A DNA stretch of 64,000 nt, taken from Roseovarius sp. Its GTDB lineage: Bacteria; Pseudomonadota; Alphaproteobacteria; Rhodobacterales; Rhodobacteraceae. The notes under the pieces are model-generated. The model saw nothing but the letters and a program-made list of their open reading frames with translations, was not told where the DNA came from and searched no databases. How positions within the stretch are numbered: the first letter of the stretch is position 1; every line of letters starts with the position of its first letter. Location: contig JAVJTX010000012.1 of NCBI GenBank assembly GCA_040220035.1, forward strand, positions 2,078-66,077. The letters run 5' to 3'. This document shows positions 18,951 through 30,410 of the stretch, one piece after another. Both the position numbers and the translations under genes were made by a program.

Positions 18951-19753
18951 CCCTCTTTCTTGATTTCGACCGAATGCGGGTAGGGGATCGAGATGCCGCC
19001 CTTGTCGAAGGCTTCCTTCACCGCTTTGGTCATGTCGAACTTGAGGTTCCAGTAATCCGCCGCATTGCACCACAGGCGCACGCCCAGATCGACGCTGCTG
19101 TCGCTCAGATTGGTGACCCGTACCCATGGCTCGGGGTCATCAAAGGCGCGCGCGTCGGCCCGGGCCAGGTCGAGGATGATCTGCATCGCCTTGTCGCTGT
19201 CATCGGTATAGTCGATGCCAAAGCTAAGGTCGCAGCGCCGTGTGTCGTGATGCGAATAGTTGGTGATGATCGATCCCCACGCCTGACCGTTTGGCACGAT
19301 GATTTGCACGTTGTCGGGCGTGGCAAGCTCGGTCACGAAGAGGTTGATGTCGACGACCGTGCCGGCGGTGCCGCCGATATCGACGAACTGGCCGTTCCTG
19401 TAGGGCCGGAACAGGATGATCATGAACCCCGCCGCCAGGTCGCCCAGCGTGCCCTGAAGGGCAAGCCCGATGGCCAGCGTGGCGGCGCCTAGCACGGCGA
19501 CGAGGCTGGTCGCCTCGATCCCGAACAGGCCGAGGATCGCGGTCAGCACCATCAGCAGGATCACCCACTTGACGATGCTGGCGACAAAGTTCCCGATCGT
19601 GTTGTCGATCTTGGGATTGGCGTTGACGCGGCGGCGGATCAGTCCGCTGACGGCCCCGGCAACAATCCAGCCGAGGATCAGGACGATGACCGCCTTGACC
19701 GCGTTGATCACCAGCGGGCCATAGCCGTTGGCTGACTCCATGAAACCTTCCAT
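18947..19753 (-). CDS. mscS: Small-conductance mechanosensitive channel
   Basis: LGAATLAIGLALQG, RP...G, IVPN, I.IPYP motifs. Confidence 0.9.
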   Translation of the reverse strand: MEGFMESANGYGPLVINAVKAVIVLILGWIVAGAVSGLIRRRVNANPKIDNTIGNFVASIVKWVILLMVLTAILGLFGIEATSLVAVLGAATLAIGLALQGTLGDLAAGFMIILFRPYRNGQFVDIGGTAGTVVDINLFVTELATPDNVQIIVPNGQAWGSIITNYSHHDTRRCDLSFGIDYTDDSDKAMQIILDLARADARAFDDPEPWVRVTNLSDSSVDLGVRLWCNAADYWNLKFDMTKAVKEAFDKGGISIPYPHSVEIKKEG

Positions 19754-19932
19754 CTGTCCCTCCTGCTGCACCGCCCGTCCGGGCTGGTACGGTAATTGCA
19801 TTATCTGTATAAGACCGTTGCCAGAGGACGGCCGGAAAATAAAGTCTGGCGTGGGCGAGACGACGGAAATTAGCGCGGCCGGGCCGCAGAATCCGGTTTC
19901 GGGTCCCGAGATCACAAGCTAACCTTCGCGCC

Positions 19933-20319
19933 ATGACACACCGCTTCGCCATCCGCGTATATTATGAAGACACCGATATGGGCGGCATCGTCTATCACGC
20001 CAATTTCCTGAAGTTCATCGAGCGCGCCCGCAGCGAGTGGGTCGCCGGGCTTGGGCTCGATCAGAACGCAATGCGCGACAAGGGCATCGTCTTTGCCGTC
20101 CGCCGGGTGGAGGCCGATTACCTTCTGCCCGCACGCTACGGTGACGATCTCGAGGTGCTCACCACCACCGCCTCGGTGAGCGGTGCACGGCTGGTGATGG
20201 ATCAGGTGGTTCTGCGCGGTGGCGAGAGGCTGTTCGAGGCGCAGGTTACCGTGGCCTGCATGAATATGGCCGGACAACCCGTGAGGCTGCCCGCCGAGGT
20301 GCGCAAACGCCTTCATTAG
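19933..20319 (+). CDS. ybgC: Tol-Pal-associated acyl-CoA thioesterase
   Basis: RVYYEDTD.GGIVYHANFLKF.ERAR; precedes tolQ. Confidence 0.93.
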   Translation: MTHRFAIRVYYEDTDMGGIVYHANFLKFIERARSEWVAGLGLDQNAMRDKGIVFAVRRVEADYLLPARYGDDLEVLTTTASVSGARLVMDQVVLRGGERLFEAQVTVACMNMAGQPVRLPAEVRKRLH

Positions 20320-20476
20320 GGGCCGGGGGACGGCAAATATCCGCCATAGCCTGCCCACGTGCGGGCACTGACGCGGAAGTGATGGCTTTCCTTGTGGATT
20401 TCCGCTAGGTTCCCGGGCAATGAGGCCGACGAACAAGGCCCTTCGGGACGAAACGACGTCGAAAAAGAGCAGGCAG

Positions 20477-21172
20477 ATGGAAGCAGAAACCCTGGCATTG
20501 GCACAGGAGATGGATTTCTCCCTGTGGGCGCTGTTTGCGCGTGCCACAATCGTAGTCAAACTTGTGATGCTGATGCTGATCGTGGCCTCCTTCTGGGCAT
20601 GGTCGATCATCATCCAGAAAATCATCACCTATCGCCGCGCGCGGGCCGAGGCCGAACGCTTCGACGCCCGGTTCTGGTCGGGCGATCCGCTGGACGAGCT
20701 GTTCGACGAGATCGGCTCCGATCCGAGCGGACAGTCCGAGAGAGTCTTCGCCGCCGGCATGATGGAATGGCGACGCTCGCATCGTGACGATGGCGGGCTG
20801 ATCCCCGGCGCGACTTCGCGGATCGACCGGAATATGGACGTGGCCGTCGCCAAGGAGGCGGATTCGCTGCAAAGCGGGCTGTCGGTGTTGGCCACGGTCG
20901 GCTCGACGGCGCCCTTCATCGGCCTCTTCGGCACCGTCTGGGGCATCATGCATGCCTTCATCGGTATCGCCGAGCAGCAGAACACCAATATCGCCGTTGT
21001 CGCGCCCGGTATCGCAGAGGCGCTGCTGGCCACGGGCCTCGGCCTGCTGGCCGCGATCCCGGCGGTGATCTTCTACAACAAGCTCAGCGGCGACAGCGAC
21101 CGGATCGTGGCGGGCTACGAGGCCTTTGCCGACGAGTTCTCGACGATTCTCAGCCGCCAGCTGGACAGCTGA
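20477..21172 (+). CDS. tolQ: TolQ
   Basis: LATVGSTAPFIGLFGTVWGIM, VAPGIAEALLAT. Confidence 0.95.
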   Translation: MEAETLALAQEMDFSLWALFARATIVVKLVMLMLIVASFWAWSIIIQKIITYRRARAEAERFDARFWSGDPLDELFDEIGSDPSGQSERVFAAGMMEWRRSHRDDGGLIPGATSRIDRNMDVAVAKEADSLQSGLSVLATVGSTAPFIGLFGTVWGIMHAFIGIAEQQNTNIAVVAPGIAEALLATGLGLLAAIPAVIFYNKLSGDSDRIVAGYEAFADEFSTILSRQLDS

Positions 21173-21175
21173 CCC

Positions 21176-21646
21176 ATGGGCGCAGGTGTCGTTCAGAAAA
21201 CCGGCGACAATGGTCGCAGACGGCGCGGGCGCGGCCGTTCGCGTCCGATGGCCGAGATCAACGTGACGCCTTTCGTCGATGTCATGCTGGTGTTGCTGAT
21301 CATCTTCATGGTCGCGGCCCCGCTGATGACGGTGGGCGTGCCGGTGGAACTGCCCAAGACCGCCGCCAGCGCCTTGCCAACGGAACAGGAAGAACCGCTG
21401 ACCGTCACGATCACGCCAGAGGGCACCGTGATGCTGCAAACCAGCGAAATCGCGACCGAGCAGCTTGTCACCCGCCTGCGGGCCGTGGCCGCCGAGCGCG
21501 AGAGCACGCGGATTTTCCTTCGGGCCGACGGCAACGTGCCTTATTCGCTGGTGATGCAGGTGATGGGCGCGCTCAACCGGGGCGGATTTGCGAATATCGG
21601 TCTTGTCACCGACACCGGCGGGCCGACGCTCGACGAGGACGGCTGA
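21176..21646 (+). CDS. tolR: TolR
   Basis: EINVTPFVDVMLVLLIIFMVAAP. Confidence 0.95.
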   Translation: MGAGVVQKTGDNGRRRRGRGRSRPMAEINVTPFVDVMLVLLIIFMVAAPLMTVGVPVELPKTAASALPTEQEEPLTVTITPEGTVMLQTSEIATEQLVTRLRAVAAERESTRIFLRADGNVPYSLVMQVMGALNRGGFANIGLVTDTGGPTLDEDG

Positions 21647-21656
21647 CGCGTGCGGC

Positions 21657-22817
21657 ATGAACACCGGTCAGATCATATCCGGGGCCGGGCATGCTGGCCT
21701 GATCTTCTGGGCTCTGTTCGGAGGGGTGTTCAGTGACGTGCCGCCGCCCAACAAAGTGACCGAGGTCACCGCCATCTCGGCTGATGACTACGCCGCGCTG
21801 ATGGCGCCGGAGCAGTCGCCCGAGGCCGTCGCCAACGTCGATACGCCCGAACCGCCCGAGGCGGGCGAGGCGCCGGGCATGACCTCCGAGGCCGACGCCG
21901 TGCCCGAGACGGCCCAGCCCGAGGTCACCGAATCATCCGAACCAGATACGCCCCCTGAAGTGACCGAGCCCGACCCGCCGGCACAGGCCGAGGTCAGCGA
22001 GGAACCCCCACTCATGCAGCCCCCGCAGGAGGATACGGCGGCGCTGGTTCCCGACCGCTCGCCCGACACCAGCCCGCGCGAGGCGCCTCGCGTGGCCCCC
22101 CAACCCGTCGCCCCGCCCGAGCCGGGCGTGCAGATCGACGATGTCGATCAGCAGGAGACGGCCCCCGACGAAAGCGCCGAGCCGGTCGAGGAGGATCAGG
22201 AGGAAACCGCCCGCGAAGAGGCCACGACCGAGATCGTGACCGAGGCCGACGACCCGGCGGATGCCGCGCCCAGCCGTTCGCTGCGACCGCGTCCCCGGCC
22301 CACGCGCCAGGCCGAGACCGAAGCGGAACCCGAGGCGCAGCCTCAGACCGATACGCAGCCGGAACCGCAGGAGCCTGAACAGACGGAAACGGCTAGCCAG
22401 CAGAGCCCGGAGGTTGACGAGAACGCTGTCGAGAACGCGCTCGCCGAGGCCTTGGGCGGCAGCGATACGCAACCTGACAGCACCCCCTCCGGCCCGCCGC
22501 TGACCGCGGGCGAGAAGGAAGGCCTGCGAGTCGCGGTGCAGCAATGCTGGAACGTGGGCAGCCTCTCCTCCGAGGCGCTCAACACGACCGTGATCGTCGC
22601 CGTCTCGATGTCGGAAGACGGCCGCCCGATCACGGCATCGATCGAAATGCTCGGCTCGTCCGGCGGCGGCGACTCCGCCGCGAGACAGGCCTTCGAGGCC
22701 GCCCGCCGCGCGATCATCCGCTGCGGCGCGGACGGCTACAAATTGCCACCGGAGAAGTATGATCAGTGGCGTGACATTGAAATGACATTCAATCCGGAGA
22801 AAATGAGGATCAAATGA
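21657..22817 (+). CDS. tolA: TolA (acidic Pro/Glu-rich linker)
   Basis: N-terminal S...H anchor, long low-complexity linker, C-terminal CWN...A.RAI.RC...W..IE.TFNP; position between tolR and tolB. Confidence 0.85.
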   Translation: MNTGQIISGAGHAGLIFWALFGGVFSDVPPPNKVTEVTAISADDYAALMAPEQSPEAVANVDTPEPPEAGEAPGMTSEADAVPETAQPEVTESSEPDTPPEVTEPDPPAQAEVSEEPPLMQPPQEDTAALVPDRSPDTSPREAPRVAPQPVAPPEPGVQIDDVDQQETAPDESAEPVEEDQEETAREEATTEIVTEADDPADAAPSRSLRPRPRPTRQAETEAEPEAQPQTDTQPEPQEPEQTETASQQSPEVDENAVENALAEALGGSDTQPDSTPSGPPLTAGEKEGLRVAVQQCWNVGSLSSEALNTTVIVAVSMSEDGRPITASIEMLGSSGGGDSAARQAFEAARRAIIRCGADGYKLPPEKYDQWRDIEMTFNPEKMRIK

Positions 22818-24151
22818 TGCGATACATGCTCAGCCTCCTTGCGGCCCTTTTCATGCTGGCCGCGCCCGCCCTCGCGCAGGATACGTCCGAGGATGACGGG
22901 CCACTCCGGATCGAGATCACCGAGGGTGTGATCGAGCCGTTGCCCTATGCCGTGCCCGCCTTCGTGGCCGACACGGCGGCGGCGTCGGAATGGGCCGAGA
23001 AAATCTCCCGCGTTGTCGCCTCTGACCTGAACGGCACCGGCCTCTTCCGGGAAATCCCGGCCGAGGCGCATATCGCCCGGATCAGCAATTTCTCCAGCCC
23101 GGTGCAGTTCTCGGACTGGAAGGCCATCAACGCGCAGGCACTGATCACGGGATCAGTCAGAACCGAAGGGTCCGGCCGGATCGTGGTCAGCTTCCGCCTC
23201 TACGACGTGTTCGCCGGACAGGAGATGGGGCAGGGCCTACAGCTCGTCGGCACCGAACAGGGCTGGCGCCGCATCGCCCACAAGGTGGCCGATCAGGTCT
23301 ACAGCCGGCTGACAGGGGAAGATCCCTATTTCGACAGCCGGGTGGTCTTCGTCTCGGAAAGCGGGCCGAAGGATGCCCGTCAGAAACGACTGGCGATCAT
23401 GGATTACGACGGCGCCAACGTCACGTATCTCACCGACAGCGCCTCGCTGGTTCTGGCGCCCCGCTTCTCGCCGCAGGGCGATCAGGTGATCTACACCAGC
23501 TACGAGTCCGGCTTTCCGCGCATCTATGTTCTCAATGTCGAAACCGTGGGCCGGCGCGTGCTGGAAAGCCAGGACGGCACGATGAGTTTCGCGCCCCGCT
23601 TCGCCCCCGACGGAAAGACCGTGGTCTACAGCGTGACACGCGGCGGCAATACCGACCTTTACTCGATGCAGATCGGCTCGGGCCAGAGCACACGGCTCAC
23701 CAACGCCCCCTCCATCGAGACCGCCCCCAGTTTCAGCCCCGACGGCAGCCGCATGGTCTTCGAAAGCGACCGCTCCGGCACTCCGCAGCTTTACATCATG
23801 CCCGCCAGCGGCGGCGAGGCACAGCGGATCAGCTTCGGTCAGGGCCGGTATGGCACGCCGGTCTGGTCCCCGCGCGGCGACCTTATCGCCTTCACCAAGC
23901 AGTCGAAGGGACGGTTCCACATCGGCGTCATGCGGACAGATGGCAGCGAGGAGCGCCTGCTGACGGCCTCGTTCCTCGACGAGGGGCCCACATGGGCGCC
24001 GAATGGCCGGGTCATCATGTTCTCGCGCGAAACGCAGGGCGCACAGGGCAGCACCAGCCTCTATTCCGTCGATATCACGGGCCGGAACCTCAAGCAGGTG
24101 ACGACCCCCTCCGGCGCATCCGACCCCTCCTGGTCGCCCCTGCAGAAATGA
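22814..24151 (+). CDS. tolB: Tol-Pal beta-propeller protein TolB
   Basis: Signal peptide and repeated P.(F/W)SPDG PD40 motifs. Confidence 0.96.
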   Translation: MMRYMLSLLAALFMLAAPALAQDTSEDDGPLRIEITEGVIEPLPYAVPAFVADTAAASEWAEKISRVVASDLNGTGLFREIPAEAHIARISNFSSPVQFSDWKAINAQALITGSVRTEGSGRIVVSFRLYDVFAGQEMGQGLQLVGTEQGWRRIAHKVADQVYSRLTGEDPYFDSRVVFVSESGPKDARQKRLAIMDYDGANVTYLTDSASLVLAPRFSPQGDQVIYTSYESGFPRIYVLNVETVGRRVLESQDGTMSFAPRFAPDGKTVVYSVTRGGNTDLYSMQIGSGQSTRLTNAPSIETAPSFSPDGSRMVFESDRSGTPQLYIMPASGGEAQRISFGQGRYGTPVWSPRGDLIAFTKQSKGRFHIGVMRTDGSEERLLTASFLDEGPTWAPNGRVIMFSRETQGAQGSTSLYSVDITGRNLKQVTTPSGASDPSWSPLQK

Positions 24152-24261
24152 ACCGCATCGCGAAAGGCCCGCGTTTCCAACGCCGCACCACTGTGCTAAT
24201 AGATGCACGAGGGCCAGGATCAACATTGGACCGAGACAAATCTGATACGTGAGGCATCGAC

Positions 24262-24765
24262 ATGACTTTTCTCAGCAAGACAATCCTGGTGGTTGCGGGG
24301 CTGGCTCTGGCTGCCTGCAGCAACCCTGACCGTTTCAACGATTCCGCGTCGGCCAACGCCGCCAACAGCGCCGTTGCCGGCACGGCGCAGGACCCGGCGT
24401 CGCCGCTCTATTTCCAACAGTCGGTGGGTGATCGGGTACTGTTCGAGGTGGACCAGTCCAACCTCACCCCGACCGCGACCGCCACGCTCGACGGTCAGGC
24501 CCAGTGGCTAATGCGCAACGCCGATTACAACGCGGTGATCGAAGGCCACGCGGACGAGCAGGGCACACGCGAATACAACGTGGCCCTCGGTGCTCGCCGT
24601 GCCAACTCGGTGCAGGAATACCTGATTACACAGGGCGTCGCCGCCAACCGGCTCAAGGTCGTTTCCTATGGCAAGGAACGCCCGATCGAGATCTGCAGCG
24701 AGGAAGCCTGTTATGCCAAGAACCGCCGCGCGGTCACGGTGATCTCGGCCGGTCCGACGAGCTAA
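24262..24765 (+). CDS. pal: Peptidoglycan-associated lipoprotein
   Basis: Lipobox LAAC; EGHADEQGTREYN.ALG.RRA, SYGKERP, NRR. Confidence 0.96.
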   Translation: MTFLSKTILVVAGLALAACSNPDRFNDSASANAANSAVAGTAQDPASPLYFQQSVGDRVLFEVDQSNLTPTATATLDGQAQWLMRNADYNAVIEGHADEQGTREYNVALGARRANSVQEYLITQGVAANRLKVVSYGKERPIEICSEEACYAKNRRAVTVISAGPTS

Positions 24766-24771
24766 GGGAGT

Positions 24772-25662
24772 ATGGCCGCTATGCGCCCGGTGTGGATTGG
24801 AATCATGGTTGCCGTTCTGGCCACGGCCGGCGCGGCCCATGCGCAGAACAGGGATGAAACCCTCGCCGACATCCGTCAGGAGATGTCGGTGCTGTATGTC
24901 GAGTTGCAGAAACTCAAGCGCGAGCTCAGCACCACGGGCGGTGTCAGTGATGCGCAGGTTGGCGGCTCGGTGATCGACCGGGTCGGCGCCATCGAAAGCG
25001 AGCTTCAGCGCCTGACGTCGAAGACCGAGGAACTGGAATTCCGCATCGATCAGGTGGTCAACGACGGGACCAACCGGCTGGGCGATCTCGAATTCCGGCT
25101 TTGCGAACTCGAAACCGATTGCGACGTCGGCCAGCTTGGCCAAAGCACCACGCTGGGCGGCACCGCGCCCTCGACCGGCAGCACCGCTGGTTCGCAGACC
25201 GGCACGAGCAACAGTATCGGCACTGACAGCTCTTCCAGCACCCCCGGCACCGGCTCGGATACCAGCGGCGTGCAGATGGCGGTGGGGGAGCAGGCCGATT
25301 TCGACCAGGCCGCCAAATCCATGGACGAGGGCGATTACGCTGGCGCCGCGGATCAGTTTGCCTTGTTCATCAAGAATTACCCCGGCAGCCCGCTCGAGGC
25401 CGAAGCCGGTCTGAAACGGGGCGAGGCGCTGGAAAAGGGCGGCGAGACATCGAAGGCCGCCCGCGCCTATCTCGACACGTTCAGCGCCGCGCCGAACGGG
25501 CCCAAGGCCGCTGACGCGCTTTTCCGGCTAGGCCGGGCGCTGGGCCAGCTGGGTCAAACCGAAGAGGCTTGCGTGACGCTGTCCGAGGTCGGCTTCCGCT
25601 TCCCCGACACCCAGCCCGCGCAAAGCGCACAGGCCGAAAGACAGGCCCTCTCCTGCCAGTGA
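24772..25662 (+). CDS. ybgF: Tol-Pal system protein YbgF/CpoB
   Basis: Signal peptide, coiled coil, S/T/G linker, C-terminal TPRs; follows pal. Confidence 0.9.
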   Translation: MAAMRPVWIGIMVAVLATAGAAHAQNRDETLADIRQEMSVLYVELQKLKRELSTTGGVSDAQVGGSVIDRVGAIESELQRLTSKTEELEFRIDQVVNDGTNRLGDLEFRLCELETDCDVGQLGQSTTLGGTAPSTGSTAGSQTGTSNSIGTDSSSSTPGTGSDTSGVQMAVGEQADFDQAAKSMDEGDYAGAADQFALFIKNYPGSPLEAEAGLKRGEALEKGGETSKAARAYLDTFSAAPNGPKAADALFRLGRALGQLGQTEEACVTLSEVGFRFPDTQPAQSAQAERQALSCQ

Positions 25663-26912
25663 CGGACCTGCCTGCGCAACTGCGGCAGCGGATCGCGGGG
25701 GCGCTTGGCCCGGATGTGCCTGCAAAGCTCGGCGTCGCGGTGTCCGGGGGCAGTGACTCTCTGGCTCTCCTGACAATGCTGAACGATTGGCGCGTCACGG
25801 GTGGGCCCGAGTTGCACGCCGTCACGGTCGACCACGGATTGCGGCCAGAGGCCGCGGACGAGGCGCGCATGGTGGCGCGGCTGTGCGACGGCTGGTCCAT
25901 TCCCCACACCACCCTGAAATGGGAGGGATGGACCGGCACGGGCAATCTGCCCGACGCGGCCCGCCGGGCGCGATACGGGCTCATGGTGGATTGGGCGGCC
26001 GAAACGGGCATTCCCGCCATCGCCGTCGCCCACACCGCCAACGATCAGGCGGAAACCTTTCTCATGCGGCTGGCGCGCATGGCGGGGCTCGACGGGCTCT
26101 CCGCCATGGCGCCGCGTTGGCAGCAAGGGGGTATCACCTTCTTTCGGCCCGTGCTCCATGCGACGCGGGAGGAACTGCGTGCGGTGCTGCGGGATCGCGG
26201 CATTGGATGGGCCGATGACCCGAGCAACGCCGACCCCGCCTTCGAACGGGTGCGGGCGCGGCAGGTCCTCGAAACCCTCGCACCGCTGGGCATCGAGGCG
26301 ACCACATTGGCCGAGGTCGCGGGCAACCTCGCTGCCGCACGCACTGTCATCGACCAGCAGGTCGCCTTCGCGGCGCGGAACGTCGCGCGGACCGAGGATG
26401 GCGATGTGCTCCTCGACCGGACGGCGCTGGCCCGGCTCGAGCCCGAGATCACCCGGCGTCTTCTGCAACAGGCTATCCTGTGGATCAGCGGCGCCGATTA
26501 CCCGCCGCGCGGGCCGGCGCTTCAGCGGGCGATGCGCGCCATTGACGCAGGCGACAGTGTTACCCTGCATGGCTGCCGTTTCATCACCCGCGCCGGCGCC
26601 CTTCGCCTCACGCGGGAGGAGCAGGCGGTGGCAGACCTGACGGCCCGCCCCGGCGATGTCTGGGATGGCCGCTGGCGCCTCTCCGGCCCAGAGACGGAGG
26701 GCGCCGTCGTTGCAGCGTTGGGCGAAAACGGGCTCAGGCATTGCCCAAACCGGCGAAATTCCGCATTGCCCGCCGCCTCGCTCCGGGCCTCTCCGGCTGT
26801 CTGGCAGGGACATACCCTGCTGGCCGCGCCGCTGGCTGAGCTCGAAAACGGCTGGACGGCAGAGCTCGTGCGCCGGGAAAACCACGACTTTGCCGCACTA
26901 TTATCGCATTGA
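25659..26912 (+). CDS. tilS: tRNA(Ile)-lysidine synthetase
   Basis: AVSGGSDS PP-loop, VDHGLR, AR.ARY, AHTANDQAETFLMRL, DDPSN. Confidence 0.94.
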   Translation: MTDLPAQLRQRIAGALGPDVPAKLGVAVSGGSDSLALLTMLNDWRVTGGPELHAVTVDHGLRPEAADEARMVARLCDGWSIPHTTLKWEGWTGTGNLPDAARRARYGLMVDWAAETGIPAIAVAHTANDQAETFLMRLARMAGLDGLSAMAPRWQQGGITFFRPVLHATREELRAVLRDRGIGWADDPSNADPAFERVRARQVLETLAPLGIEATTLAEVAGNLAAARTVIDQQVAFAARNVARTEDGDVLLDRTALARLEPEITRRLLQQAILWISGADYPPRGPALQRAMRAIDAGDSVTLHGCRFITRAGALRLTREEQAVADLTARPGDVWDGRWRLSGPETEGAVVAALGENGLRHCPNRRNSALPAASLRASPAVWQGHTLLAAPLAELENGWTAELVRRENHDFAALLSH

Positions 26913-26986
26913 ACCGCCAGAGATGATGGCTATTTAAGAGGGGTAGCGCTTGTGATAGAGCAGGCCGACCCCCTTGTGTTAGGAGA

Positions 26987-28915
26987 ATGTCCTTGGGTAA
27001 CGCGAGAAACATAGCCTTCTGGCTGGTGCTCTTTCTGCTGATACTGGCGCTGTTCAATCTGTTCAGTGGTTCAGGCAGTACCCTGCAAAGCAAGCAGATC
27101 CGTTACTCTGAATTCGTCGAGGCGGTCGAGGACGAAACGGTCAGCCAGGTGACCCTGGACGGTGAAAACGTGCGCTTCCGCGGCACCGATGGTCAGGACT
27201 ATGTGACCATCAAGCCGGAAGACGCGGAACTGACACCGATGCTGATCGAGAATGGCATTCCGATCACGGCCGAACCGCAGGAACAGTCGGGCTTCCAGAC
27301 CTTCCTGATTTCGCTTCTGCCTTTCGCACTGCTGATCGGCGTGTGGATCTACTTCATGAACCGCATGCAGGGTGGCCGCGGTGGCGGGGCCATGGGCTTC
27401 GGCAAGTCCAAGGCCAAGATGCTGACCGAGAAACACGGTCGGGTCACGTTCGACGATGTGGCCGGTATCGACGAGGCCAAGGAAGAACTCGAAGAGATCG
27501 TCGAGTTCCTTCGCAATCCGCAGAAATTTTCGCGCCTTGGCGGCAAGATTCCCAAGGGCGCCCTGCTGGTCGGTCCTCCGGGTACCGGTAAGACGCTTCT
27601 GGCCCGCGCCATCGCGGGTGAGGCGGGCGTGCCCTTCTTCACCATTTCCGGCTCGGACTTCGTTGAGATGTTCGTGGGCGTCGGTGCGTCTCGTGTGCGC
27701 GACATGTTCGAACAGGCCAAGAAGAACGCGCCCTGTATCGTCTTCATTGACGAGATCGACGCCGTGGGCCGCCATCGTGGCGCCGGCTATGGCGGCGGCA
27801 ATGACGAGCGTGAACAGACCCTCAACCAGCTTCTGGTCGAGATGGACGGGTTCGAGGCCAATGAAGGCGTGATCATCATTGCGGCCACAAACCGCAAGGA
27901 CGTGCTCGACCCCGCGCTGCTGCGTCCGGGCCGGTTCGACCGCCAGATCACCGTGCCCAACCCCGACATCAAGGGTCGTGAGAAGATCCTCGCCGTGCAT
28001 GCCCGCAAGACCCCGCTGGGTCCGGATGTGGACCTGCGGATCATCGCCCGCGGTACGCCCGGCTTTTCGGGCGCCGACCTTGCGAACCTCGTGAACGAGG
28101 CGGCTCTGATGGCCGCCCGCGTGGGCCGGCGGTTCGTCACAATGGACGATTTCGAAAACGCCAAGGACAAGGTGATGATGGGCGCCGAGCGCCGGTCCAT
28201 GGTGCTGACCGACGATCAGAAGGAAAAGACCGCCTATCACGAGGCGGGCCATGCCATCGTCGGCCTTGCCCTGCCGAAATGCGATCCGGTTTACAAGGCC
28301 ACGATCATCCCGCGCGGCGGCGCGCTGGGCATGGTGGTCAGCCTTCCTGAGATCGACCGCCTGAACTGGCACAAGTCGGAATGCGAGCAGAAGCTTGCGA
28401 TGACCATGGCCGGCAAGGCCGCCGAGATCATCAAGTACGGCCCCGACAACGTTTCGAACGGGCCGGCGGGCGACATCCAACAGGCCAGCGGCCTTGCGCG
28501 CGCCATGGTGCTGCGCTGGGGCATGTCCGACAAGGTTGGCAATGTCGATTACGAGCAGGCCCACGAGGGCTACATGGGCAATGCCGCCGGCGGTTTCTCG
28601 GTTTCGGCTCATACCAAGGAGCTGATCGAGGACGAAGTGAAGCGGATGATCGACGAGGCTTACGAGAGCGCCCACACGATCCTCACCGAGAGAAAAAACG
28701 AGTGGGAGCGCCTGGCTCAGGGCCTTCTGGAATACGAAACGCTCACCGGCGAGGAGATCGAACGGGTGATCCGGGGTGAGCCGCCCGAGTCGAACGATGG
28801 CGGCAGTGCGCCCGAGAAAGAGGAAAAGCCTTCGGTCACGGCCATTCCCAAGACCAAGCCGAAATCCTCGCCGGGCTCCGGCGAAGGCGGCATGGAGCCC
28901 GAACCCTCCACGTGA
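26987..28915 (+). CDS. ftsH: ATP-dependent zinc metalloprotease FtsH
   Basis: Two TM segments, [26 protein letters not shown]. Confidence 0.97.
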   Translation: MSLGNARNIAFWLVLFLLILALFNLFSGSGSTLQSKQIRYSEFVEAVEDETVSQVTLDGENVRFRGTDGQDYVTIKPEDAELTPMLIENGIPITAEPQEQSGFQTFLISLLPFALLIGVWIYFMNRMQGGRGGGAMGFGKSKAKMLTEKHGRVTFDDVAGIDEAKEELEEIVEFLRNPQKFSRLGGKIPKGALLVGPPGTGKTLLARAIAGEAGVPFFTISGSDFVEMFVGVGASRVRDMFEQAKKNAPCIVFIDEIDAVGRHRGAGYGGGNDEREQTLNQLLVEMDGFEANEGVIIIAATNRKDVLDPALLRPGRFDRQITVPNPDIKGREKILAVHARKTPLGPDVDLRIIARGTPGFSGADLANLVNEAALMAARVGRRFVTMDDFENAKDKVMMGAERRSMVLTDDQKEKTAYHEAGHAIVGLALPKCDPVYKATIIPRGGALGMVVSLPEIDRLNWHKSECEQKLAMTMAGKAAEIIKYGPDNVSNGPAGDIQQASGLARAMVLRWGMSDKVGNVDYEQAHEGYMGNAAGGFSVSAHTKELIEDEVKRMIDEAYESAHTILTERKNEWERLAQGLLEYETLTGEEIERVIRGEPPESNDGGSAPEKEEKPSVTAIPKTKPKSSPGSGEGGMEPEPST

Positions 28916-29697
28916 CGACGACGACGCGCAATTCAGACTGGAACCCGGGCGCCTATGCCCGGTTCCATGATTTGCGCCTGCGCCCGGGTCTCGACCTGCT
29001 CAACACGGTCAGCCGGATGGGGGCGGGCGACATCGTCGATCTGGGCTGCGGCAACGGGGCGATGGGCGACGCGCTCAAGACCCGCGCCGGCGGCCGTGAT
29101 GTGATCGGCGTGGATGCCTCGCCCGCAATGCTGGAAAAGGCGCGGCAGGCGCAGGCCTATTCCAAGCTGCAGCAGGCCGATATCCGCGACTGGCATCCCA
29201 ACCGGCCACCGGGGCTGATCCTGTCCAACGCTGCATTGCACTGGGTGGGCGGGCACGAAAAGCTGATGCCGCGACTGGTATCGGTGCTCGGCAAGGGCGG
29301 CACGCTGGCCGTACAGATGCCGCATCAGAACAAGGCCCCCTCGCACCGTGTCTGGCTCAGCCTCGTTGAAGAGCTGTTCCCCGGCCGGGTCGAGAAGATG
29401 GGCACGCCCGGCGTCATGTCTCCGGTGAAATACGAGGAATTGCTCGGCTCGAAGGGGCAGTTCCGCATGTGGGAAACCGAATATTACCAACGCCTCGTGG
29501 CCGAGGGCGGCAGCCACCCGGTGCGGCGGTTCACCGAGAGCACCTATGCCCGCCCGGTGTTGCAGGCGCTCGAGGATGACGAGAAGGCAGAACTGATCCG
29601 CCGGTACGAGGACGTGATGCGCGCGGCCTACCCGGTGCGCAAGGACGGCTCCGTACTTTTCCCCTTCCGGCGGCTGTTCTTCACCCTCACCGTCTGA
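28912..29697 (+). CDS. tam: Trans-aconitate 2-methyltransferase-like SAM methyltransferase
   Basis: WNP..Y.RF...R.RP..DL, DLGCGNG, SNAALHW, LAVQMP, FPFRRLF. Confidence 0.82.
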   Translation: MTTTTRNSDWNPGAYARFHDLRLRPGLDLLNTVSRMGAGDIVDLGCGNGAMGDALKTRAGGRDVIGVDASPAMLEKARQAQAYSKLQQADIRDWHPNRPPGLILSNAALHWVGGHEKLMPRLVSVLGKGGTLAVQMPHQNKAPSHRVWLSLVEELFPGRVEKMGTPGVMSPVKYEELLGSKGQFRMWETEYYQRLVAEGGSHPVRRFTESTYARPVLQALEDDEKAELIRRYEDVMRAAYPVRKDGSVLFPFRRLFFTLTV

Positions 29698-29801
29698 TTA
29701 GCCCTGCCGTAGGCGATTGTTCCGGTCACAACTTACTGATTGACCCCCGCCTACGCTTTGCCGAAGCTGCGCGCGAATTGCCGCTTCGGAAAGGACATGC
29801 C

Positions 29802-30401
29802 ATGCCCGCGCTCATACCCACCGAATTCAGAGGCACGGTCACCTGGCTGGGCCTTGTGGGGGAAGAGCGCGAGGGCATCCGTTCGGCCGCTAATCCGAAG
29901 GTCTTTGCCAGCTACGCGGGCGTTGAGGGCGAGATCCACGGCGGGCTGACGCGGCCCTCCTGTGTGCGGGTGACGACGCAGTATCCCGAAGGCACCGAGA
30001 TCGCCAACGTCCGGCAGTTCACCATCGTCTCGGCCGAGGAGCTGTCGGCCATCGCCGAGGCCATGGAGATCGACGAGATCAAGCCCGAGTGGCTCGGCGC
30101 CTCCATCGTCGTCGAGGGGATCCCCGACTTCACCCATGTGCCGCCCTCGGCGCGGCTGCAGAACGAGGCGGGCACCTGTCTTGTCATCGACATGCACAAC
30201 CGGCCCTGCATCTTTCCGGCCAAGGAGATCGAGAAGGATCACCCCGGCCTCGGCAAGCGGTTCAAGCCAGCCGCCGAGGGGCGTCGCGGCGTCACCGCCT
30301 GGGTCGAGCGCGAGGGGCCGCTGGCGGTGGGCGACGTGATGCGCCTGCACGTGCCCGATCAACGCACCTGGGCGCTGTTGGACGAAGCGCGCCAAGGCTG
30401 A
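29802..30401 (+). CDS. MOSC domain protein
   Basis: RQ.TIVS.EE, N.PC..P, GRRGVTAWVE..G....GD. Confidence 0.85.
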   Translation: MPALIPTEFRGTVTWLGLVGEEREGIRSAANPKVFASYAGVEGEIHGGLTRPSCVRVTTQYPEGTEIANVRQFTIVSAEELSAIAEAMEIDEIKPEWLGASIVVEGIPDFTHVPPSARLQNEAGTCLVIDMHNRPCIFPAKEIEKDHPGLGKRFKPAAEGRRGVTAWVEREGPLAVGDVMRLHVPDQRTWALLDEARQG

Positions 30402-30410
30402 GCCATCGCC

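Noticed and set aside
21800-22480. Long acidic Pro/Glu low-complexity region
   Set aside because: Explained as the TolA periplasm-spanning linker; no discrete DNA repeat unit.
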